From: Paramecium tetraurelia
Taxonomy: Eukaryota
Direction: 5' to 3'
Assembly: GCA_000165425.1 (NCBI GenBank)
Contig: CT868407.1
Span: 199,204 to 263,203 of the forward strand
Length of the DNA: 64,000 nucleotides
A program made the translations under genes and the position numbers. This document shows, piece by piece, positions 54,398-64,000 of this stretch. The notes under the pieces were generated by a model. It was not told the origin of the DNA. It ran no database searches and saw nothing but the letters and a program-made list of their open reading frames with translations. The number at the start of each line of letters is the position of its first letter. Position 1 is the stretch's first letter.

Positions 54398-54793
54398 ATG
54401 AATCCCGCCTAAACCATTGCACAATAATTCCTTTAACAATACTACTAGACTTTAATGACAAACAAAATGGGATTAATCTAATTTTATACAGATGCCTCTC
54501 ATATGACATATGGTTTTTATTTGTATTTATTATTTTTAGGTGGATAATAACATGATGGCTTAAAATAAATCAACGAAAAATTGGAATCATTGGCTTTCTA
54601 AAAAATAGTTTATAAAATTGATGATATGGATGTTTAACCAGGAGCATTGGAGAATTCATTATTCATTTTTGTCACTGGGTAATTGCAGATGGATGATGCT
54701 GAGACATACAAATTCTCATAAAGTTTTTAAATTCTTCCAAATGGCTAAGGAGGTTTATACGTGCATAATGATATCTTCAGATTAGTTTATTGA
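54398..54793 (+). CDS. NTF2: Nuclear transport factor 2
   Basis: IAQQFLQQYYQTL..FYTDASHMTY..INEKLESLAFQK..DMDVQP..FIFVTGQLQMD..KFSQSFQI..YVHNDIFRL. One 27-nt intron. Confidence 0.95.
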
Positions 54794-54821
54794 TATATAT
54801 TAATAATAAAAATTATTAAAA

Positions 54822-55336
54822 ATGGGATTCGAAGATTAGATTCCACCAATTCCAAATAGAGATTAAGAAAAGAGATATATTGCCACAGTTGAAAAGTCAT
54901 TCTACGACTAACCACTCTATAAATTTTATATGAATGAAGCATTAAGAGAAAGAAAGATGGATTATGCTGATAAATTAAACACATTCAAATATGAATGGAT
55001 TCTAAACTTTGCTGCTTCTGGAATTGTATTCAGCTTATTATATGTAATATTTAGTATTGAATCATTAGTTTATCCCTGTGTCATATTAATATAGATAAAC
55101 ATCAACAGGCGTTCCAACATACTATCAGTATTTATCTAAAATTTAATTTTAGACCCAAGAATAAAGCTGTCTTCAAATAAGGATACTTGCAAAATTAAAA
55201 TTGGAGGAGATTTAAATTGTATTCATTCCTTGTTTTTGGATCAGCATTCATATTTGCTCATACTTATACAGATAGATCATAAATTCATGATGAATATTAC
55301 AATAATGTGGGTGTCATCAAACCAAAGTTTGAATGA
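54822..55336 (+). CDS. Small two-TM hypothetical protein
   Basis: Code-6 ORF with two introns and hydrophobic segments WILNFAASGIVFSLLY and LYSFLVFGSAFIFAH. Confidence 0.75.
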
Positions 55337-55887
55337 ATAAATCGATAAATATACAAATTTTAATTATAATAACAAAATTACTATTAGCGCATCAATATTT
55401 AAATAAATGAGAAAAAGATAATTTAAATAAGCAATTATGTTATCCGTTTAAATCTATACTATTCTCAATTATAATTGATCTATTCAATATTTATATTATT
55501 TATAATTTATTTTTAAAACAAAATTAATCAAAGCACAATTCTTAACACCATTCCAAACTAATTTTGTAAATCTTTGAAATCGATTCAGTGTCATTTAAAT
55601 CTTAAAATTCTAAGATCTTATTTAACAATATTTATTCATTAGATTAAGAAATGCCTTTATAGCAGGTGCATTGATAGCACATAAATCCCAGCAATTATAC
55701 GTATAAAATGTTACTTCTTACATAACACCTAATTTATATTATATAGAGAAGATCTTTATGCTGGATAAAATTGTATAAAGATTTTGTAACATATTTAATA
55801 ACTTATTAGGATTATTCAATATAAATTATGAATAGCCCATAATGGTTTAAATTAGAGTAAAAAATATTTAATGCAGATTATAAATAT

Positions 55888-56936
55888 TCAATATTGGTAA
55901 CTATTCAATTAGACGATAAAGTCAGATGATTTTTATGCTACATTATTATCACATATTTGATATGATTTAAAAATTTCCATTTATTTTTCTAAACTATTTT
56001 AGGCAACTGATTCATTATTGTCATTACTTTAATCTAATTAGAATATATATATATAATACCAGACTCCTCAATATTTTACTACTCTTATTAAAAATCCTTT
56101 TCATTTTTTTATATCTATTTATCCATTTCTTCAAAATCTACAATATCAGGTTCCTAATTTTTTTAGTATGGAACTTTTTCATTTTAAACAATCTCCTCTT
56201 GACATTTATCCATTTTTTCAAAATCTACAATATCAGATTCCATATCTTGTTATTAACCATTCGTTTGCTCAAATATGTTTATAAAATTATTAAAGTGTTA
56301 TTGGTTAAGTTTCAGTTTATTATATTCTTAACATCTATCCAAAGAAGAAGATAATATCCTCTCTATATTTTCCCTCGATGAAACGCTTTGCATATTTTCA
56401 ATCAATCTATCAGAACTAGTGTATTTTGCTACTGATTTTAGCATATACTCAATTTATTTTGCTATTGATTCTAGCATACCCTTCAAATTATGATTGAATT
56501 ATTGACAAATTTTATTATTCATATTTTCACCATTTATGCCAGATAATAATGTATAATCACTATCTTCTATAGAAGTCTTGGCTTGAATTTTGCCCAGACA
56601 AAATTCCAGTTATTCTTTATTTGTTTTAAAGCCTTATTATATTTAATTATTATCCTTCTTACAACTTTTGAGTATTTCGGAACTTTTTTGAATTTCCTGA
56701 AGTAAATCATCATATTAATTTATTTTGTCCATATACATGTTCAAACTGGCTTAAATATACTCTGATATTAGAAATATTTTTGCTATTGAATTTTATTTTG
56801 TGATTTCAATTTCATAACATTCGCCACATAAGAACGTCAATATTTCTTGATCTATATAACATCCTATAGGCGTTTATCGTTGATCTATTAGATGAGTACA
56901 CTTATATCTATAATTGTGATGTTCTTACAAAATCAT
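55888..56936 (-). CDS. Hypothetical protein with N-terminal B-box-like Zn motif and coiled coil
   Basis: CTH...GCY...FLCGEC followed by a helical region, with an internal duplication DIVDFEKMDK/DIVDFEEMDK. One intron near 56035-56059. Confidence 0.7.
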
Positions 56937-57029
56937 TTTTATTTTTTTTATAAAATTTTAATTTTTAATGTTTAGTTTAAGCTATATTATTATTAGTGAA
57001 ATGATAATAACAATATATATAGATATGTA

Positions 57030-58979
57030 TCATTTAGGATATCTTAGTTCATTCTCTGGAATAAAATGAACAAATATTTTTGGTTAAAATTCATTGAAGT
57101 ATTCAGGCCCTTTTGAAAAATCATTACCTAAAGCATATGCTAGCATGGAACCATCAGGACTCATTTTGGCACAGACAATAGGATTACAATTGAATTAAAA
57201 TGTTCTGATTTTATTTCTAACATTAATATCCCAAAAGATCATTTGACCTTCTCCTCCAGCTGTCATTAAAAAGTAGTTGTTTTTGATATTCATTTGGATG
57301 CAATTAACAGGAAAGAAATAGTTTTAAATTTTTCCTTTTTGATTATCTTCAACCTAAATAATGAACAATATATTTACTTTATGAGCTTTAAAAGTCATGA
57401 TTGATTTTAATGAAAATTCAGTAGGCATTCCGTGAGTGGATTTGGTTGTAATATTCGTCTAATGTCCTCTACCATCAATGGATCCCAAAGTAAACCCATC
57501 TCTTGCTGGAAATATTGCTATTGAAGTTAATTGTGAATAGGTTCCCAATGGTGAATCAATGTATTAAAATCTACCCGGTAACTATTACAATTCATTCAAA
57601 TTAATGATTGTTAATTTTTCAGATGCAAATCCAATAACCAATAATGGGAAATTACAATCAGATACCATTGGTTTGTATTAGAATTGACATTAAAATCTTG
57701 GTTATCCTGGAGCTCTGATATCCCACATTTTTAATGATTAATCTGTAGATATTGATAATATCATTTATGCTGATTCTATCCAATAAACAGAAATTATTAA
57801 TGCTTAATGTTGTCCTACTGAAACCATCTAGCCTGAATTAACATCAATAACTCTGACTGTGTGATCAAATCCACATCCTACGAATATTTGAGACAAATCT
57901 CCCTTAGCATCCATACAAACTATTGGATTTTATACTTATCCAACTGCTCCATCAACCTAAAAGGATCTTCTTTCAAATAATTCTCTTTTGTATGAGTTTT
58001 GTTGGATCTCCAATATTCTGACCTTACCATCCCAAGAAGATATAGCTAAGAAATTAGGTATGGTTGTTCCCCAACATATTGCTGAAACTGAATCTTCCAA
58101 TCTAATTCTCTATTCCAAACTTGCATCATTAACTGAATCATCAACACCTCCAGGCAATACGATTTAATTACCAACTTACCCTTATTGTCCTAATCCACCT
58201 CCAAATCCAAGACCTGGTTGAACTTATTATTAAGGTTATTATTAACCAAAAAGAGAAGTCCCAGGAGCAGCAGTTTATTATTATCCAAATCCAAATCCAG
58301 TCTGTTGTGGTTATTAAGGTGTCTATCCAAATAAGCCTCCCTATTGTTATCCAAAGGGTTAAGCAGCAGGAGCTGGAGCACCAAATAAACCTGTTGCTTA
58401 CTGTTATGGTTATTAAGGTTATTAACCAAATAAGGTTGGCTATTATTATTATTATTACTATCCAAATAGTCCTCCTCCACTTTAAGGAGTTTAACCAAAT
58501 AATCCTCCTTGCTAAGTTGTTTAACCTAATAATCCAGGCTATTATCCAAATCCAGTTCCAAGTGAGCCACCTAATCCTGTTCCTAACCCTCCTCCTAAGC
58601 CACCGAAAGTAGGTGCTTGTTATCCTAATACTGGGGGTTAGCCTAATCCGCCAGGCGCTCCAAATGTGCTTGATTATTATTGTTAAAGTCCGAGTCCACC
58701 TCCAAGCTAACCTCCTAGACCTCCTCCGAGGCCTCCTCCAAGACCACCTCCAAGGCCTCCGCCTAATCCTCCTTATTGCATCTAACCTCCCATTAAACCA
58801 CCAAAACCAGGTTGTCCTTGTGTTCCCTGTACTTAACCAAATAAACCTTATTATGGAGCTGTATTTGGAAATAGTCCTCCTTATACACCAGTTGGTGCCC
58901 CAAAATTACCTAATATACCTCCTATTCCTCCACTTGTTTAAGTTGGATTTTAGTTCCCAAACATACTACCTCCGAACAT
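57030..58979 (-). CDS. RAE1: Rae1/Gle2 mRNA-export WD40 protein with N-terminal GLFG-repeat domain (641 aa)
   Basis: Propeller motifs EDSVSAICW, SSWDGKVRI, SPLGTYSQLTSIAIF, GSIDGR, TFKAHK, FPVNCI, TAGGEG..FWD, AYALGNDFSKGPE. The N-terminal ~275 aa are G/Q/L/F/P-rich with GLFG repeats. One 24-nt intron at 57354-57377. Confidence 0.92.
58692..58773 (-). repeat. 12-nt imperfect coding tandem repeat encoding (GGGL)n
   Basis: GGLGGGLGGGLGGGLGGGLGGQLGGGLG, with synonymous codon variation between units. Confidence 0.85.
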
Positions 58980-59274
58980 AATAAATTTAAATTATTTAAA
59001 ATAATTATTAAAAATTTAGAATGCAAATTTTAATAACCCTGGAAACCATAGTATTTTATCAAAATAAAGGAAGTAATTATAATAGAATCTGGAGAAACAT
59101 TATTTGTAATCAATAAGAATTTAAATTTGGAAATTCAAACGCAATCATATCTCTCTCAATATTACAGAATGATCCCTGTAAAGAATATAAGTGTTTAACA
59201 TAATCTACAATTTATCTAAATTGATTTTTGAAGCTATATTTTTAACTTATTATTTTTAAATAAATATTTAATTA

Positions 59275-60258
59275 ATGAAACAAGCCTAACCTTTCATTCC
59301 TCTTGCTGTTGATGATAATAAAGAATACGATATCAAAAATATACTTTAAAAATAAATTAAAACATTATCACCTGAGGAATATCATTTTTTTAGTTTCCTA
59401 ATAGCTACTAATCATGTTTTTGAACAATTAACTAATTGTTAAAACAAATTGAATAATGATCCAACTTTTAGTTTGTGGAAGCTCTTTGAATTCTTTGATG
59501 TTAATGGCGATAGAAAACTACAATTAGATGATTTTATTATCACATTACAAAAATTAGACATTCTTCTTAAAAGAGAAGAAATTGAATCCTTATTTACAAC
59601 TTTAGGTGGTGAGGATGACAATATCATTTCATACGCAGAATTTGCTAATTTATTAAAATTCTCCACTACACCATAATGGAGATAATCAAAAGTACCTTCA
59701 GAAGGTGTTTTGAATTAGGAACATTAAAAATTAATACATTAGATTTTTAGTTTGTATGCAAAAATAGAAAGGAGCCTTTTATATCTCAGAACACAAATAG
59801 GAAATGATATTCAAAAGCTTGAAGACTTTTTTAGAAAATTGGATTAGAAATAAAAAGGCTATTTAGTATTCAATGACTTTGTTGCTTATATAAAGTCCAA
59901 AGGCGTTCAAGTAAAAGGTAATGATTACTATAGAGTGTTCTTTATGCTTTAGTAATATAAATCAGGTAGAATTAGTTTTAATGAGTTTTTGAAGAAATTT
60001 TCAACAAGAGAAGAGTATCAAAATTATTAGCAATAATTAGATCTATTGATTCATCCTCCTTAAATGGCTATAAGAGAATCGATTGAATAATAGCCTGCTC
60101 TTCAATATAAAGTAGATAGCTCAGCCAATTTTGAAAACAAACAAGTACAATAAAATGAGATGTCATCAAAAATATCTTAGTAATCTAGATTTTCATAAGA
60201 TCTTGATGACTCTATCAGATTGCCAGGATATACTAGATATGTTTTTGGAAATAATTGA
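59275..60258 (+). CDS. EF-hand domain protein (327 aa)
   Basis: FEFFDVNGDRKLQLDDF, DDNIISYAEF, LDQKQKGYLVFNDF, QYKSGRISFNEF. Intronless code-6 ORF. Confidence 0.85.
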
Positions 60259-60734
60259 ATCATAATTTATTACAATATTAATTAAGTATTTTTAGACTTT
60301 AGTTCATATACTTATATAATGTAATTTAAATATATATAATGTAACTAAACAACAAAATTATTTAATGTTACGTACTCTGACTAATTACTACTAAGTTTTT
60401 TTATGGATTATTTAAATAACGACCAAAAATAAAATTTAGTTTATTAAAGTTATTTATCCATTTTTAGCTTTCCCAGAAAATGAAAGATTTCATATGATTG
60501 CAATGAGAGTTAAAATACTTATGTAATTACTTGCATTTGAATCGATCTTTGAATTTAGAAATCTATTTTAGGTGAACTCTTTTTAGAATGTATTGTGACA
60601 ATGAGTCGTAGTTATTATTTAGTTAACTTTTAAAACAATAGGGATTTTATTCTAAACATATTTAAATATCCTCTTGGCAATGAATTAAATTTGAAAATAA
60701 TTTTAGTTAACTTAAAATTTTTATTAATTTTTTA

Positions 60735-62232
60735 ATGAACTCAGTATCCACTAACACTTCATTTACAGAAGTTAGGATTGTTAAAATCTACTTGAAGATT
60801 CATTACATAACAAAATTTGGATAGGCAATCTATTTATGTGGTGATGATGAATCTTTAGGAATGTGGGATCCTTGCAAGGCACTCCGTTTGTAATGGAATC
60901 AGGTACTTAATTTAATTACTTAAGAATCACGAATGGACCATCTGTATCAAGCTGCCTCGAATCAGCCGAAAATTTGAGTACAAATTCCTGGTCAACAACT
61001 ACAATGAGCCTTAAATTCACTATGCCTTTTGGGAACCTGGTGAAAATCGTATAATCACCAAGCACTTGCTACTTAATGGCAAGAAGAACGAGTACTTTAA
61101 TTGTAATGCAGTTCTAATACTATTTATAGAGGAGTTTTGGGGATATAGGACTATTAAATTAAAACTCAATCACACTTTACAACCGAAAGAACGCATGATG
61201 ATAATAGGATCTATTCCTGAGATTGGTTCCTGGAAATCACCTGTGCTTATGAAATAGCAAATGAAGATTGATATTTGTAATACATCAATATTGTATTTCT
61301 AGTAACTGAAGAGGCCACCCAACAATGGTCAATATCATTTATTGTGGACCCCCTTAACTTTTTCTTCCGTTACTATTATGTGATTAGAAATGATGACACA
61401 GGTAAAATGATATGGGAAAGAGGCAATGGGCGTTACTTAAAAAGTGCTGATTTATCCTCAATTAGGTAAGTATTGGATTAGTATGATCTTCATCCAATCA
61501 AAGTGAAGACTGAAATATACTCAGCTATTCAGGCTAGGCAATTCAATAAAAACGGATCTTTCTCTTCTTCAAAAATACCAAAATCTAAGATCAAATAAAA
61601 GAATCAAGGCTACTCCTTTGCAGATAAGGAGCCTTCCTTTTTTTATTACGAAGAATTTGGAAGATTAAATAAGTTGGATTGGAATTTTGTAGTTCAATTC
61701 TAAACTTATGAAATAAATGAGAATATTTTGATAGGACCTTATCCATAAAATGAGTAAGATATTCTTTACTTAAAATAATAATAAGTTAGAGCAGTTCTCA
61801 ATCTCTAAACACGTCTTGATATGTTCCATCGTGGAGTTAATTGGGAACAAATAGTAGATGCTTATAAGAGACACAATATTGTGATGAAGAACTATTAAAT
61901 TTTTGACATGGATTCTGAAGATTTCGAAAAAAAATCTAATAAAGCAGTTCAAATTCTTAAAAAATTAATTAATGAATATGAATATGTCTATGTCCATTGT
62001 ACAGCAGGAATAGGCAGAGCCCCTTCCATAGTAGTTCTTTACTTAGCATCAATCCTCCAATATGATTTAAAAGATGCAATAGAATTTGTCAAATAAAAAA
62101 GGCAATAATTTTACATTAATTATTGTAATAATAGCAATCTAATATTATTTAGCAATGTTAAAAAAGTCGTACTAAAAAGCACTTGTATTTAATCATGGAT
62201 TAGGTTATTAGGAGTTAGCTTTAACATTTTGA
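60735..62232 (+). CDS. Laforin-like glucan phosphatase (two CBM20 + dual-specificity phosphatase)
   Basis: CBM20-1 TKFGQAIYLCGDDESLGMWDP..FEYKF..WEPGENR. CBM20-2 IIGSIPEIGSWK..QWS..YYYVI..IWERGNGR. DSP IGPYP, AVLNLQT, IFDMD, VYVHCTAGIGRA. Four introns. Confidence 0.9.
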
Positions 62233-62341
62233 GATTGAATAGAGTCCTTGTTGTATAGATTTATTAATTTCATTAATAAATAGTAAATAGTAAATCTATC
62301 TTTAATAAAACCTAAAACAAAATTAATTATATATATAAATA

Positions 62342-64000
62342 TCATAATTTTGAATTATCTTATAATTCCAAATATTCTTGATCAACATTGATATTGTTAT
62401 CTTTTAATTGTATGATTTCTGATGATTGTATATTATTCCTTAAAATGTAATTTAATGCCTCCTAAGCTGCTGTTTATTTTCTATTCCTAATTTTATTTTC
62501 CTATAATTAATAGTACATATGATAATTACAATTTCAATCAGTTATTTGTCTTTCTATTCCTTCTTCAAGTATCTCATCATGGCATGCTTCTTAATTAAAT
62601 TGATCACAACAACTTTCTAGCCAATTTATTTGAATAATAGTTTAGCTCTGAGTCTCTCTCCTAAAAAGAGTTTTCTTAAATATTTAATATTGGATACTTT
62701 CTAAGAATTAATAATAAATTACTCTTTGAATTTGTTCGATGTTTACAAACAAAACTGGCAACAAAACAATAAATAATTTCCAAGCCATCCATAAAGCGTA
62801 AACTGCATTGATACCAGCCAATATCACTTCAAAAAAGATGATGATTGGTTCATTAGGATCAGTAAATTGATTCTTGAGAGATGCAATGACAAGTGCTATG
62901 TAAATGGTTCCAAAGGCTGTGAAACTGGAGATGACATTTACAAAATTCTATCTTTTATAGCCATAAGGTTATGTCACAAATGATGCAATTCCATAAATCA
63001 AGACTATAATTAAACATGATTCTGCCATATAGATATTATCATAAAAAAAGATTTCAATAGCTGTTTAGATCAGAATCTTTTCCAACAATCTGACAAACTC
63101 CCAATAATAATACTTTTCTCTGAATTCACCATTAATGTAATAATATTTATACTTTCTGAGTGGTCTCTTATCTTTCTTCCTCATGTCATTTCTAATGTGA
63201 TATAAGAGCATACAAGGAATGTAAATGACAAAGAAAAATAGACAAGGGATGGATATAAAAAGAGTATAGAAGAAATGTTAAGTGCCATAGCAATTTTGAT
63301 TTAAATCTGGTTTAAGATACCTGCCATCTCCAATATCTTTGCAATTCAATAATTGAAGTGTTTTTTCGTAAAAGCTTGGTAGGTAAAACAACCAAATGAC
63401 TAGCCAAGTAGCAGTGTAGTAGATTCCTCGTTTAATCTTTTGGTTTCTAAATAGGATTGTCCATATGAACATGAAAAATAACATTGATGATACTGGTTTT
63501 AATACTTCGATAATGTAATTCACATAAACCATAGGAATGTAATTATCAACATTGATCATGGGGCATTCCAAAGAGAAATCAAAAATAGAAGGATCTTGGG
63601 AATCTTGTAATTAGGAAGGAATGTCAACAACGATTTTAGTAACTAAGGAAGTCTTTTAATAGTAGGCCAAGAATATTTTCATTAATGAATTTAAATCTTT
63701 GACTTATCCTAAGTTGGATCCAATCTTTTTTAAAGGTGGTAATAATTAGTTTAAGCATGGCAATACACATAGGATGACAACATCTTAAGCCAGAAAGAAG
63801 ATGGACATAGTGAAATATATCAGAACTCCAATACTGGTCAACAATATTATAACTAATGGCCATTCTACTTAAGTACAAACAACACACATCGATCTTGTAT
63901 CTCTAGCATAATTGTTATCATAATCACAGGATTAGCACATCCTTCCCATATATCCTAAACCACATTAAGATTAAGAGACTCCACCTAAGCAATTGCTAAA
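62342..64000 (-). CDS. 3' part of a large Cys-rich surface protein with multi-pass TM C-terminus (5' end outside window)
   Basis: CGLGYMGRMCQSCD..CVVC, LLNCKDIGDGRYLKPDLNQNCY, INGEFREKYYYWEFVRLLEKILI, QPYG and several TM helices. TGA at 62342. Confidence 0.8.

Noticed and set aside
54822..55336. Small TM protein as a ciliate-specific respiratory-complex subunit
   Set aside because: Plausible from size and composition, but no motif I can recognise supports it.
54398..58979. NTF2 and FG-Rae1 within about 2.2 kb as a nuclear-transport gene cluster
   Set aside because: They are on opposite strands with two unrelated genes between them. Nothing in the sequence distinguishes this from chance.
58190..58981. 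Long Leu/Ile/Asn-rich ORFs in the supplied track (58190-58498, 58307-58612, 58613-58981)
   Set aside because: Shadow frames of the GLFG/Gln-rich domain. The real minus-strand frame is broken only by TAA/TAG, which encode Gln.
1..64000. CRISPR arrays, telomeric repeats, tRNA/rRNA, transposons or retained IESs
   Set aside because: No spaced direct repeats, G4T2/G3T3 tracts, cloverleaf or transposase/RT motifs were seen. TA-bounded IESs cannot be identified without a germline comparison.

Overview
This is AT-rich, gene-dense eukaryotic DNA that reads as a ciliate macronuclear chromosome, most likely Paramecium (aurelia complex). TAA/TAG encode Gln, TGA is the only stop, and genes carry 21-30 nt GT..AG introns, so the supplied standard-code ORF track is mostly fragments or shadow frames. 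Hand re-translation in code 6 gives about 25 apparently intact genes. These include MORN, PG-rich SHIPPO repeat, 3R-Myb, ABHD hydrolase, PTB-like RRM, hybrid His kinase, calcyphosin-like, pectinacetylesterase/Notum-like, enkurin, SENP/Ulp, F-BAR, TTC5, stomatin, cyclin-Y-like, NTF2, Rae1, EF-hand and laforin-like proteins. About 10 pseudogenes or remnants (truncated hemoglobin, VLIG-type giant GTPase, AP-2 alpha, two kinases, ALDH3, TEX9 and others) lie almost entirely in the first 41 kb. The strongest novelty candidate is a Rae1/Gle2 beta-propeller fused in one reading frame to a ~275-aa Nup98-like GLFG/Gln-rich domain. Also notable are a Notum/PAE homologue lacking its catalytic Ser and His, a tandem-CBM20 laforin, and a decayed VLIG GTPase. 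All translations and coordinates were done by eye without database searches, so boundaries may be off by a few bases.
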